The notes under the pieces are model-generated. The model saw only the letters and a list, made by a program, of their open reading frames with translations, was not told where the DNA came from and did not search any database. Below, piece by piece: positions 44,952-54,575 of a stretch of DNA of 64,000 nucleotides (position 1 is its first letter; each line of letters begins with the position of its first letter). This DNA comes from Gemmatimonadales bacterium (GTDB lineage Bacteria > Gemmatimonadota > Gemmatimonadetes > Gemmatimonadales > GWC2-71-9). The stretch covers positions 6,597 to 70,596 of the forward strand of contig DATLKF010000024.1 in assembly GCA_035538515.1 (NCBI GenBank). The letters are read 5' to 3'. Both the position numbers and the translations under genes were made by a program.

Positions 44952-47282
44952 CTAGTATCCCTGTAGCATCCGGTGCCGCGTCGGCGGGACGCGGGCGCGG
45001 GGATGCACGCTCTCCCAGATCTCGCGGTTCAGCTCCCGCTCGTCCGCCGCGTCCGCCCTGGCCAGCTCGGCGGCGCTGATCCGGGAGCGGTACGCCGTCG
45101 GCGTCGTCTCGTCGAGCGACCAGGTGTTCGGGAGGTGGGTGAAGGGCGTCGTGTCGAGGCGCGACGTAAACGCGTTCCAGAGCGCCGTTGCACCCGCGTC
45201 GTATTGGCTGAGCGGCCCGAGGCCCAGGATCTGCTCGATGGTAAGGAGCACGGAGGCCGTCGTGTAGAACGTGCTGTCCACGACGCCGCGGCGCGCGTAC
45301 GGCGAGACCACGAGCAAGGGGGAGCGGTGCGCGTCCACGTGATCGGGGCCGTTCTGCGCGTCGTCTTCGAGCACGAACACCGCGAGGGACGGCCAGGCGG
45401 GTGACTGCGAGAGACGCTCGATGATCTGCCCCAGCGCGAGATCGTTGTCGGCCACCATCGCGCGCGGCGTGGGCTGGCCCGGCCGGCGCCCCAGCGTGTG
45501 GTCGCGCGGCAGCCAGACGATCACGAGGTCGGGGAACCGCCCCTGCCGGTCCCAGCTCGCAATGGAGTCCGCGAACAGCCGTGCCCGGACCGTGTCCAGA
45601 ATGGCCAGCACGAAGCCCGGATAGTTGCTGGCGGTGATGTCCTTGAGCCCGGGGATGTTGGTGCGCCCGGTCCGCGCCCGGGTCGAGTCGCCCTCGGGCG
45701 ACTCGGTCATCTCTCCGAAGTTCACCACCCAGAGGCCGCGTTGCAGCGCGGCGTCCCAGAGGTAAGCGCCCCGCGGATTGGCGAGATCCTCGCCACTCGT
45801 CAGGTCCCACTCGCGGCGATCGGAGTAGATCTGCGGCCACGTCTTCTCGTTGTAGTCGCTGGCGAACGCCCGATCGGTCCACTCGTGGCCGTCCGCGGAG
45901 ACTTCACCGTTCACGTAGAAGTTGTCGAACAACAGCCAGCGGCGGGCAATCGCATGCGCGTTGGGACTCACCGAGTCGTTGAACAGCGCGAGTGCGGGAT
46001 CGCCATTGCCGCGCGCGTCGTCCCCCAGCACCTGATCGTAGGTACGATTCTCCCGAATGATGTACACGACGTGCCGCAACTGCGTCGGCCGGTCGGACGG
46101 TCGGACGGACGGACGCACGCGGGGATTCGAGAACGGGCTCAAAGCGTACACCTGGCTGGTATACCGGCGGAGCGCCGCCGAGTCGGGTACGGGAATAATG
46201 GACAGCGAGCCCCTGATCACGTTGCCGATATAGGTGCCATCGGGGTTCGCGCCCGAGCCGTTGCCCTTGCCGTTGGCCACGAAGAGCGTGCGGCCGTCGG
46301 CCGATACGGCGACGGCGCTGGGGTACCAGCCGACCGGAACGAGCCCGGCGACCCGCATCTCCCGCCCGATCCGGACCACCGCCACCGCGTTGTTTCCCGC
46401 CATGGCGACGTACAGCGTGCGGCCGTCGGGCGCGAGAGCGACCGCGTTGGGATCGCTGCCCACGGACGCGCGCGACCCCAGCGCGACGGTCAGCTGCTCT
46501 TTGACTTGTGCCGTCACGAGATCGACGCGCGCCACGCCGTTCGCTCCCGCTAGTGCCACGAACAACTCGCTGCCTTGCAGCGCGAGCGCGGACGGATGCG
46601 GCCCCACGAACAGCGACGTGCGCACGGTGGGCCGGTCGGCGAGATCGATGACCGATACGGTCGAGTCGCCCCAGTTGCTCACGTACAGGCTGGCGGTGTC
46701 GGCGACGGCGGTGTAGGGCCGGTGGCCCACCGCCACCGCACCCCGACGCGCCAGCGTCGCCGCGTCGAGGAAGTAGACGGAATCGCTCAGGTTGCCGACC
46801 ACCGCGACGAGCCCGCGTCGCGGCAGCAGCGCGAGGCCCGCGGCGAACAGCTTCGCTCCGGAGTCGGCGAGGGCCGTGCTGTCGACGGTCCACGTCGCGC
46901 CGCCCTGCCAGGCGAATCGGTACACACGATTCGTCGGCCCGCCGCTCGCCCAAACGGTGTCGCGCCAGTCCCGGCCGCTCGCCGCGAGGCCGAGCCAGGC
47001 GGCGGGCAGCGCCGCGCGCCATACGACCTGCCCCCCGACCGGGTCGACTCGCATCAGACTGTTCTTGCCGTAGCCGTCGTTCGAAACCATCACGGAGCCG
47101 TCCGACAACGTCACCAGATTGAGCGGCAGGGTGCCGACGGCCACGGTCCGACCCGCCGGCCGGATGCGCCACCCCGAGGGGAGCAGGGTAGACCCATCTC
47201 GCTGGCGCCCCGGAACGAGCCGGGTCGCGACGACCGTCGCGCCCGCGATGAGGGGCAGCGCGAGGAGAGCGCGTTTGAGCAA
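44952..47282 (-). CDS. beta-propeller (YVTN/YncE-like) + phosphoesterase (AcpA/PLC family) fusion protein
   Basis: ORF 44952..47408. An in-frame TTG at 47282 gives a signal peptide (LKRALLALPLIAGATVVA). The N-terminal half has repeated propeller blades. The C-terminal half contains VVYIIRENRTYDQVLG. The start is uncertain. Confidence 0.8.
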   Translation of the reverse strand: MLKRALLALPLIAGATVVATRLVPGRQRDGSTLLPSGWRIRPAGRTVAVGTLPLNLVTLSDGSVMVSNDGYGKNSLMRVDPVGGQVVWRAALPAAWLGLAASGRDWRDTVWASGGPTNRVYRFAWQGGATWTVDSTALADSGAKLFAAGLALLPRRGLVAVVGNLSDSVYFLDAATLARRGAVAVGHRPYTAVADTASLYVSNWGDSTVSVIDLADRPTVRTSLFVGPHPSALALQGSELFVALAGANGVARVDLVTAQVKEQLTVALGSRASVGSDPNAVALAPDGRTLYVAMAGNNAVAVVRIGREMRVAGLVPVGWYPSAVAVSADGRTLFVANGKGNGSGANPDGTYIGNVIRGSLSIIPVPDSAALRRYTSQVYALSPFSNPRVRPSVRPSDRPTQLRHVVYIIRENRTYDQVLGDDARGNGDPALALFNDSVSPNAHAIARRWLLFDNFYVNGEVSADGHEWTDRAFASDYNEKTWPQIYSDRREWDLTSGEDLANPRGAYLWDAALQRGLWVVNFGEMTESPEGDSTRARTGRTNIPGLKDITASNYPGFVLAILDTVRARLFADSIASWDRQGRFPDLVIVWLPRDHTLGRRPGQPTPRAMVADNDLALGQIIERLSQSPAWPSLAVFVLEDDAQNGPDHVDAHRSPLLVVSPYARRGVVDSTFYTTASVLLTIEQILGLGPLSQYDAGATALWNAFTSRLDTTPFTHLPNTWSLDETTPTAYRSRISAAELARADAADERELNREIWESVHPRARVPPTRHRMLQGY

Positions 47283-47307
47283 GTGCGACGCGCTGCAGCG
47301 GGCGCGG

Positions 47308-47571
47308 TTACGCCGCGCGCCGCACGGCGCGCGACTTCCGCTTCCGCTGGGGCCGGGACACGATGGCCAGGTACGCCTGCGCCGCCTGCAACGCGCGCCG
47401 CTTACCACCGTGGCTCACGTCGCCGAAGAACTTCCGGTGGCGTGGCGCGTACGTGCCGTCCGGCCGCCTCGAGAACCCGGCGCGCACGAACCAGCCGTGG
47501 GTGCGCGTGGAGGGTTGATCGATGCGGCTGATGCCGTGCCGGCGGACTCGCCGGGACCGTGTCTTCTTCAT
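47308..47571 (-). CDS. AP2-like DNA-binding domain small protein
   Basis: An 87-aa protein. The segment GISRIDQPSTRTHGWFVRAGFSRR...KFFGDVSHGGKRRALQAAQAYL resembles bacterial AP2/integrase-type DNA-binding domains. GGAG lies upstream of the ATG. Confidence 0.65.
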   Translation of the reverse strand: MKKTRSRRVRRHGISRIDQPSTRTHGWFVRAGFSRRPDGTYAPRHRKFFGDVSHGGKRRALQAAQAYLAIVSRPQRKRKSRAVRRAA

Positions 47572-47816
47572 GAGAGGCTCCGCTCGTCAAGAGGTATTCG
47601 CGTTTGTGGACCGCCTAACGGATCGGGCTTAAGGTGCGGGCGAAGTGCCGGAGAGCGCAAGGCGGCGGAATGGAACGGGGGACTTCACGTGCACGTTAGG
47701 CGCCTGGGCCGCTTGCAGAGAACACGCGACGGGTGAGGGTCACACGATCGCTCGGTTGAACCTCGAGTGCCGCAAAAATGGCGCAATGGCGCCTGCCACA
47801 CTAGCCTTAGGCGCTC

Positions 47817-50468
47817 ATGACCGGCCTGATCTTTCATCTCATCCCACACACGCATTGGGACCGCGAGTGGTACCTGCCGCGCGCCGCGTTCCAGGCCCGG
47901 CTGGTCGCTGTCGTGGACGATCTAATCGAGCGGCTACACGGCGACCCCGCGTATCGCAGCTTCCTCCTGGACGGCCAGACGGTGCTGGCCGAGGACTACC
48001 TGCGCGTGCGCCCGGAGCGGGAGGCCGACGTGCGTGCACTCGTGAAGACCGGTCGCCTGCAGGTCGGCCCGTGGTACGTGCTCGCCGACGAGCAGATACC
48101 CTCCGGCGAAGCCCTGGTGCGGAACCTCCTACTCGGCACCGCCGACGCGGAGCGTCTGGGAGGACGGCTGGACGTGTTGTACTCGCCCGACGCATTCGGA
48201 CACCCGGCCGCGTGGCCGACTCTGGCGCGCGAGTTCGGAATCCGCTCCGGCGTGGTGTGGCGCGGGCTGGGCGGTGAGGCCGGGCAGGAGCGGGACCTGT
48301 ACCGCTGGCGCGGGCCCGACGGCAAAGAAGTGCTGCTGTGGCATCTGCCTCCAGCAGGGTACGAGATCGGCGCGGCGCTCCCGGCCGACGCCGAGCGGCT
48401 GTTCGCGGCGTGGGCGCCGGTGCGCCGGGCGCTGCTGCAGCGGGCGACGAGCAAACACATCCCTGTGTTCATCGGCGCCGATCACCACGCGGCACACCCC
48501 GACGTGAGCCGGCTGCGCGACGCCCTCGCCGCGCTCGACCCGCAGAGCGCCTTCCGCGTCTCGCGACTCGACGAGTTCTTCCAGGCCGCGGCGGACGGTG
48601 CCAAGCCGGCCCCGCTCACCGGCGAGCTGCGGTGGTCCTACCGCTACGCGTGGACGCTGCAGGGTGTGCACGCCACGCGGACGCCGCTCAAGCGGCGCTA
48701 TAGCGCGGCGGAGCTGGCGCTCGAGCGCCTGGCCGAGCCGCTCGCCGCGCTCGCGCGGCGCGGGGGCGGGCGCGACCGGCGGCCGCTGCTCGAGCTCGCG
48801 TGGCGCACCCTGGTGCGCTGTCAGTTCCACGATGCCATCGGGGGCTGCGCCAGCGACGACGTGGCACGCGCCGTCGAGGCGCGCCTTACGAGCGTCGAGG
48901 CGCTCGCCCGCGAAGTCGCGCGCGGCGCGCTGCACGACCTCGTCCACCATGATCCCGATGCCGCGCGGGAGCCGCGAGGCGAGGGCGCGCCTCCCTCGCC
49001 CGCCCTCATCCTCTGGAATCCGGCGGCCCGTCCACGGCGTGGCGTGGTGATCGCCGACGTCACGCTGTTCCGCCGCGAGCTGCTCGTCGGGCCGCGCGGA
49101 GAGCGCGTGCCGCGGCGCGGAGAGGGATACCAGCCCTTTGCCCTCGCGACGCGCGAGGGTCGCACGATCCCAGTCCAGGAGCTCGATCGGCGGGTGGGGA
49201 CCGAGCGGCTCGACGCCGCGCACCACTATCCTCGCCAGGACGAAGTCGAGCAGGTCCGGATCGCGTTCCGGGCACCTCCTGTCCCCGGCCTCGGGTTGCT
49301 CCAGGCCGGTCTCACTCCAGCCGCCGGCAAACCGGGGGCGGGCGGCGCTGGCGCGACCGTCAAGGGCCGCTCCCTGGTCAACCACTGGCTCGAGGTCGCC
49401 CTCGAGCCCACGGGGGGCGGGGGGGGCGCCCTGACACTGCGCGACCGGCGCAGCGGCGAGCGGTTTGCCGATCTGCTGCGACTCGAAGATGGCGGCGACG
49501 CGGGGGACACCTACACGTATTGCCCAGCGGCGGGGGATCAAACGATCCGGGCGAGCGGTCCGATCACGATCCGGCGCGTCGCGGCCGGGCCGCTCGTGGC
49601 GGCCTTCGAAGCCGGCTTCGGCGTCGGCCGGAGCGTCGCGATCCGACTCGTGGTGACGCTGTACGCCGACAGTCCGATCGTCCGCTGCCTGTTCGAGATC
49701 GACAATCGTGCCCCGTGGCACCGGCTGCGCGCGCGCCTGCCGACTGGGCTGACGGGCATTCCCGCCGTCGCCGGAACGGCGTTCGGCACCGTGGCGCGAC
49801 CCCCGGTCGCCGTGGACCCCGCGGAGTACCCGCTCGAGACGCCGGTCCGAACGGCGCCGGCGCACCGGTTCGTGGCCGCGGCATCCGGTGCGCGCGGCCT
49901 CGCGCTGCTCGCGCCCGGCTTTTTCGAGTACGAGTGGACGAGCCGCGGAGACCTGGTGGTGACGTTGCTGCGCGCCGTGGGCGAGCTGTCGCGCGGCGAC
50001 CTCCCCACCCGGCCAGGCCATGCGGGCTGGCCCACACCCACCCCGCTCGCGCAGTGCCTCGGGGTCAGCAGGGTGGAGCTGGCGGTGGTGCCCGTGTCAC
50101 AGGCCGAGGTCGAGCGGGGCGACGTGCTCCCGGGCTGGTGGGAGGACGCATTCCTGCCGGTGTCCGGTGTCTGGCTGCGGGATGCGGGGAATCTCACGGT
50201 CGCCGCCGTGGACGTCGGGCTCGAGGGATCGGGGCTGGTGCTGTCGGCCGTCAAGCCGGCGCAGCAGGGCTCGCCGTTGGTGCTCCGATGCTACAACGCG
50301 ACCGGCCGCAAGACGGCCGGGGCGTGGCGACTGGGTGAAAGCGTGAAGAGCGCCCATCGCGTGCGCGCCGACGAGCGCGAGTCGCTCGCGCTGGTGCTCG
50401 AGGGACGGGGCAAGACGGTGCGCTTCGTCGCCGAGCCGTACGAGATCGTCACCATCCTCGTGACGTGA
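47817..50468 (+). CDS. glycoside hydrolase family 38 alpha-mannosidase-like protein
   Basis: The N-terminal motif HLIPHTHWDREWYLP and the protein length are typical of bacterial GH38. Confidence 0.85.
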   Translation: MTGLIFHLIPHTHWDREWYLPRAAFQARLVAVVDDLIERLHGDPAYRSFLLDGQTVLAEDYLRVRPEREADVRALVKTGRLQVGPWYVLADEQIPSGEALVRNLLLGTADAERLGGRLDVLYSPDAFGHPAAWPTLAREFGIRSGVVWRGLGGEAGQERDLYRWRGPDGKEVLLWHLPPAGYEIGAALPADAERLFAAWAPVRRALLQRATSKHIPVFIGADHHAAHPDVSRLRDALAALDPQSAFRVSRLDEFFQAAADGAKPAPLTGELRWSYRYAWTLQGVHATRTPLKRRYSAAELALERLAEPLAALARRGGGRDRRPLLELAWRTLVRCQFHDAIGGCASDDVARAVEARLTSVEALAREVARGALHDLVHHDPDAAREPRGEGAPPSPALILWNPAARPRRGVVIADVTLFRRELLVGPRGERVPRRGEGYQPFALATREGRTIPVQELDRRVGTERLDAAHHYPRQDEVEQVRIAFRAPPVPGLGLLQAGLTPAAGKPGAGGAGATVKGRSLVNHWLEVALEPTGGGGGALTLRDRRSGERFADLLRLEDGGDAGDTYTYCPAAGDQTIRASGPITIRRVAAGPLVAAFEAGFGVGRSVAIRLVVTLYADSPIVRCLFEIDNRAPWHRLRARLPTGLTGIPAVAGTAFGTVARPPVAVDPAEYPLETPVRTAPAHRFVAAASGARGLALLAPGFFEYEWTSRGDLVVTLLRAVGELSRGDLPTRPGHAGWPTPTPLAQCLGVSRVELAVVPVSQAEVERGDVLPGWWEDAFLPVSGVWLRDAGNLTVAAVDVGLEGSGLVLSAVKPAQQGSPLVLRCYNATGRKTAGAWRLGESVKSAHRVRADERESLALVLEGRGKTVRFVAEPYEIVTILVT

Positions 50469-51124
50469 CCGCGCACGAGCATCGTATCGCTGTCTCGCGC
50501 TCGGCGCGCTACTTCACGCTGGGCGGCGGGCAGCCCCGCCAAGTCTGGTTCGTGTGCCACGGCTACGGCCAGCTTGCGGCCCGCTTCTTGGAGAAGGTCC
50601 GCGTGCTGGACGACGGCAGCCGCTACGTCGTCGCTTTAGAGGGACTCTCTCGCTTCTATTTGAGCGAAAGTCCTACCGAGCGCCGGGTCGGGGCGAGCTG
50701 GATGACCCGAGAAGACCGGTTAGCTGAGATTGAGGACTACGTGCGGTATCTCGACGCCGTCTACGCCGACGTCTTCGGGACGCTCGATCGCGCGCACGTG
50801 ACGGTGCACGCACTTGGTTTCTCCCAGGGCAGCGCGACCGTCAGCCGGTGGGTGGCCTTGGGGACGGCCCGGATCGATCGGCTCATCTTGTGGGGCGGGG
50901 ACTTCCCGCCCGACCTCGACCTCACCCTCGAGCCGGCGGCGGAGCGGCTACGCGCCACCCGGCCAACGCTCGTGTACGGCCGCGCCGACGAGTTCATCAC
51001 GCCGAAGATTGCGAGTGGGATCGTGGCCCGGCTGCGGCAGCATGCGATCCCCTGCGAGGAGATCGTGTTCGAGGGGGGACACGCGCTCGACGACGCCGTC
51101 CTGCGCCGGCTCGCGAGCGGGTGA
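50465..51124 (+). CDS. alpha/beta hydrolase (phospholipase/carboxylesterase-type)
   Basis: Coupled by GTGA to the GH38 gene. The nucleophile elbow is GFSQG and a C-terminal His context is present (EGGHAL). Confidence 0.8.
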   Translation: MTAHEHRIAVSRSARYFTLGGGQPRQVWFVCHGYGQLAARFLEKVRVLDDGSRYVVALEGLSRFYLSESPTERRVGASWMTREDRLAEIEDYVRYLDAVYADVFGTLDRAHVTVHALGFSQGSATVSRWVALGTARIDRLILWGGDFPPDLDLTLEPAAERLRATRPTLVYGRADEFITPKIASGIVARLRQHAIPCEEIVFEGGHALDDAVLRRLASG

Positions 51125-51232
51125 TCGAGAGACTCGATGGCGCAAGTCGCGGGTGCTGGGGTGGGACGCTGGGCGCCTACACGCGAGGGCGCACCGGAAC
51201 ATGCAACGCGGCACTTCCTGGGCAGAGATTCC

Positions 51233-52690
51233 CTAGGGCCCCGCCCTCCGGACGGCCCGTCCCGGGTAGACGCCGTCCACTGATCGCCCATTGCGCACGA
51301 CCGGTGTCCCGCCCACCAACACATGCACGATGCCCTCCGAGAACTGTGCCGGTCGCTCGTAAGTCGCCCGATCGATGACGCGGCTCGCATCGAAGATCGT
51401 AAGGTCGGCGTCCGCGCCTACCTGCACCCGACCCTTCGCGTGCATGCCCGGTACGACCCGCTCGAGGCGTTGGGCGGGCAGCAGCGTCATCTTGCGCACG
51501 CCGTCGATGAGGCTGAGCACGCTCGAGTCGCGCACGTAGCGGCCCAACACGCGGGCGTGCGTGCCGGCGAGCCGCGGGTGTCCGTGCGGTGAAATCCCGT
51601 CGCTCGCCACCATCACCAGAGAGTCGGCAAGCGCGAGTCGCACGATGGAATCCGGGATCATGAAGAACACCACAGTGGCACCCACGCGGCGGAGCTGCTG
51701 GAATCGCGTGCGTGTCAGGCGCTCGCCAGTCGGCGGATACAGGATGTCGTGATAGCCGATGCCCAGACGCTGCTGCCAGCCGGGGTCGAACACGGCGGAC
51801 TGGATGCCCGTGGATGCGGCGGTGTAGGGGTACGCTTCCGTGGTGACGTCGAGACCGCGGGCGCGGGCGCCACGGACCAAGTCGAGCAGCAGGGGCGTAT
51901 CGCGCAGCCCCATGCTCGTGATATGGACCACATGCAGCGAGGCGCCCGTCGTGGCCACGTCGGCGATCACTTCCTGCAGCCCGGCGACGCTTCCCTCGCG
52001 CAGGTGCACGAAGCAGGGGACGCCGTGCAGCGCCGCGATCCTGAACAGCCCCCAGATCTCCTGCCGACTCGCCCCCGGCGTGTACTGGACGCCGAGACCG
52101 ATGCCGAGGGCCCCGTCGCCGAGCCCCAGCTCCACGAGGGAATCGAGACTTGGCAGCTCGGCGTCCGGCAGCGCGCGGTGGGTCCAGCTGCGACTGGTGT
52201 CGCTCAAGACGGTGGCGCCCGCAAGCGACTGATCGTGTCGCATCCAGGCGCGCCGTGCACCGGGATGGCCGACCGTGACGCCGTAATTGATGAGCGCGTG
52301 GCCCGCGCGCTCGTCGTACCACCGCGCCACCGGGTAGGTCCCCACTTCGAGCTCGAGCGCCGTGGTAACGCCGTCGTGCGCGTAGTACCGGTAGCTCTCG
52401 GAGTCCTGACCGTGTGCGTGGAGGTCGATGAAGCCCGGGGCGACCACGAGTCCCCGAACGTCAAGCGTCTCGCGCGCCGCGAGCGCCTCAATCGTGACCG
52501 CGGCGATCCGGCCGCCGCTGATGCCAACGTTGCGATCCGCGTCGAGCCCGGTCTCCGGATCGAGCACGCGGCCGCCCGCGAGGACGAGATCGTAGGGCTC
52601 CCGCTGGGTCTCCGTCTGTCGTAGCCCGGGCCCGAGCAGGCCGAGCGTGGCGGTGATCGTGTAGAATGCCGCGAACCGACTCGATGTCAT
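51233..52690 (-). CDS. D-aminoacylase / N-acyl-D-amino-acid deacylase family amidohydrolase
   Basis: YDLVLAGGRVLDPETG...APGFIDLHAHG. The length and C-terminal beta domain are typical. It is coupled by ATGA to the upstream permease gene. Confidence 0.85.
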   Translation of the reverse strand: MTSSRFAAFYTITATLGLLGPGLRQTETQREPYDLVLAGGRVLDPETGLDADRNVGISGGRIAAVTIEALAARETLDVRGLVVAPGFIDLHAHGQDSESYRYYAHDGVTTALELEVGTYPVARWYDERAGHALINYGVTVGHPGARRAWMRHDQSLAGATVLSDTSRSWTHRALPDAELPSLDSLVELGLGDGALGIGLGVQYTPGASRQEIWGLFRIAALHGVPCFVHLREGSVAGLQEVIADVATTGASLHVVHITSMGLRDTPLLLDLVRGARARGLDVTTEAYPYTAASTGIQSAVFDPGWQQRLGIGYHDILYPPTGERLTRTRFQQLRRVGATVVFFMIPDSIVRLALADSLVMVASDGISPHGHPRLAGTHARVLGRYVRDSSVLSLIDGVRKMTLLPAQRLERVVPGMHAKGRVQVGADADLTIFDASRVIDRATYERPAQFSEGIVHVLVGGTPVVRNGRSVDGVYPGRAVRRAGP

Positions 52691-53556
52691 GCGTCGCTCC
52701 CGGACCTACGGGAAACGCCAATTGTACTGGGCTGCAGCGCGTCTTGCAGCGCATCGCCCAGCAGCGTGCACGCCACGACCACGACGACGAGCGCCACCCC
52801 CGGCGCCACCGCCACCCACGGCGCGTTGACGAGCGTATCGCGTCCTGACGCAATCATGTTGCCCCACGACGGCGTGGGCGGCTGGACCCCGAGCCCCAGG
52901 AATGACATGCCCGCCTCGAGCATGATCGCGTTCGCGAGGCCGAGCGCGGCCGAGACGATCACCGGCGTGAGGGCGTTCGGGAGGATGTGTCGCGTGAGCA
53001 CGCGGCGGCGCCGCAGTCCGAGCGCCACCGCGCCCTCCACGAACGGACGCGCGGCGAGCGAGCGCACCTCTCCGTGCACGAGACGCGCGACCGACATCCA
53101 CCCCGTGAGGCCCAGCAGCAGAATCACCCATCCCGCATTGGGCCGGGTGAAAGCCGCGAGCAGCAGCAGCAGGACTACGCGGGGCAAGGCGAGGGCGAAG
53201 TCGGTCAGTCTCAGGAGCAGCGTGCCGGCGGCGCCCGGCCAGTAGCCCGCGGCGCCGCCGATCACGATGCCGAGGGCGGCGGACAGCAGCACCGCGAGCG
53301 CGCCGACGGCGAGCGAGACCCGCGCCCCGTAGACGAGCCGCGTCCAGACGTCGCGCCCGAAGCGGTCAGTGCCGAGGGGATGAAACCCGCCGGCCATGTC
53401 GCTGGCGAGGGGCGGCAAGAACCGAGTCGCGACGATGTCGTGCTGCGCTGTCGGTGCGCCGCTCGAGACGAGCGGCGCCGCGACCGCGGCGCACGTCACG
53501 AGCGTGAGCAGTGCCATGCCTACCGCCGCTCTGCGGTCCTGCAGCAACCGCCTCAC
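52687..53556 (-). CDS. ABC peptide/nickel-type transporter permease (DppC/OppC-like)
   Basis: A GTG at 53556 (GTGA overlap) within ORF 52687..54177. It contains PLGTDRFGRDVWTRL and the EAA-type loop FVEGAVALGLRRRRVLTRHILPNA. Confidence 0.85.
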   Translation of the reverse strand: MRRLLQDRRAAVGMALLTLVTCAAVAAPLVSSGAPTAQHDIVATRFLPPLASDMAGGFHPLGTDRFGRDVWTRLVYGARVSLAVGALAVLLSAALGIVIGGAAGYWPGAAGTLLLRLTDFALALPRVVLLLLLAAFTRPNAGWVILLLGLTGWMSVARLVHGEVRSLAARPFVEGAVALGLRRRRVLTRHILPNALTPVIVSAALGLANAIMLEAGMSFLGLGVQPPTPSWGNMIASGRDTLVNAPWVAVAPGVALVVVVVACTLLGDALQDALQPSTIGVSRRSGSDA

Positions 53557-54530
53557 GGCTCCCCCCCCCGCGCGTGACGGATCCGCGGATCGATCCAGGT
53601 GACGCAGATGTCGGAGAGCAGGTTTCCCATCACGACGAGCACTGCGATCACACTGGTGGCGGCCAGGACGACCGGGTAATCGCGCGCCTGAACCGCTTCC
53701 ACGAGCCGTCGTCCCATTCCCGGCCACGCGAACACCGCTTCGACGAACACCGCCCCCGAAAACAGCGCCGGCAATGAGAGGCCAAGCAGAGTGATCACCG
53801 GTATCATCGCGTTGCGGGTGACATGGCGACGCATCACCTGCCAGGGCGAGAGCCCCTTCGCTTCCGCCGTTCGCACGAACGGCTGGGCGTGCACATCGCG
53901 GAGCGCCCCGCGCACGTAGCGCGACGCGCCGCCCACACCGATCAGCGTGAGCGTGGTGAGTGGCAGCGCGAGGTGGCGCAGGCGATCGCCCCAGCGGCTC
54001 CATCCCGTCAGCGCGTCGGCGTCGAGGTCGGCGGCGCCGAACGCGGGGAGCCAGTGAGCGACGTATGTGAACGCCATCACGAGCATCAGCCCCAGCCAGT
54101 AGCCAGGCAACGCGAACAGCGTGACGCTGGCGATCGAGAGCGCGGTGTCGACGCGCGGGCCAGCCCCGGCCTGCCACATCCCCACCGCGAGCCCGAGCGA
54201 GTAGCTCAGCATCAGCGACAAGCCGACCAGCTCGAGTGTCGCAGGGACGGCTTCGCCCAGGAGGACGCGCACCGGACGGCCGGTGGCGATGCTGCGACCC
54301 CAGTCGCCCCGCGCGAAGCGGCCAAGCCAGGCGGTGTACTGCGTCGCGGCGGGGCGATCGAGGCCGAGGGCATGACGCTGCGCCTCGAGCTGCGCCGGCG
54401 TCGCGGTGGGCCCGAGCAGGCGCTCCACCGGGTCCCCGGGGGCGAGTCGCAACAGCAGGAACGTCAGCGTCACCACCCCCGCGACGACGGCGGCTCCCGC
54501 CGTGGCCCGGCGAACAAGCTGTGCGAGCAT
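53553..54530 (-). CDS. ABC peptide/nickel-type transporter permease (DppB/OppB-like)
   Basis: This is the internal ATG (MLAQLVRRATAG) of ORF 53553..56054. It contains APGDPVERLLG and FVRTAEAKGLSPWQVMRRHVTRNA. Confidence 0.85.
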   Translation of the reverse strand: MLAQLVRRATAGAAVVAGVVTLTFLLLRLAPGDPVERLLGPTATPAQLEAQRHALGLDRPAATQYTAWLGRFARGDWGRSIATGRPVRVLLGEAVPATLELVGLSLMLSYSLGLAVGMWQAGAGPRVDTALSIASVTLFALPGYWLGLMLVMAFTYVAHWLPAFGAADLDADALTGWSRWGDRLRHLALPLTTLTLIGVGGASRYVRGALRDVHAQPFVRTAEAKGLSPWQVMRRHVTRNAMIPVITLLGLSLPALFSGAVFVEAVFAWPGMGRRLVEAVQARDYPVVLAATSVIAVLVVMGNLLSDICVTWIDPRIRHARGGEP

Positions 54531-54575
54531 GCGCCGAATCTCGCGCGACCAGTGAGGCCCCGCTAGAATCCGGGC

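Noticed and set aside
44808-44966. A 52-codon ORF (MARLGWRSAPRASLAQLDEQARGDMRALLARGRHVAHVHLGRPDDVSDLVSL) in the 212-bp gap between the hybrid kinase and the phosphoesterase.
   Set aside because: It has no SD motif and no recognisable motif. Its composition is Arg/Ala-rich like the artefact ORFs. It overlaps the 3' end of the convergent gene.
47687-47696. A perfect 10-bp palindrome, ACGTGCACGT, in the AP2/GH38 divergent region. Duplicated TTAGGCGC and AATGGCGC strings lie nearby.
   Set aside because: A 10-bp perfect palindrome is expected dozens of times by chance in 64 kb (about 1 in 4^5 positions). There is no additional support.
54564-54569. TAGAAT hexamers directly upstream of the SBP start (54564-54569) and of the histidine kinase gene (61673-61678), as possible -10 boxes or leaderless starts.
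   Set aside because: There is no matching -35 element. The SBP start is GTG, which is a poor start for leaderless translation. Two hexamer hits are not significant.
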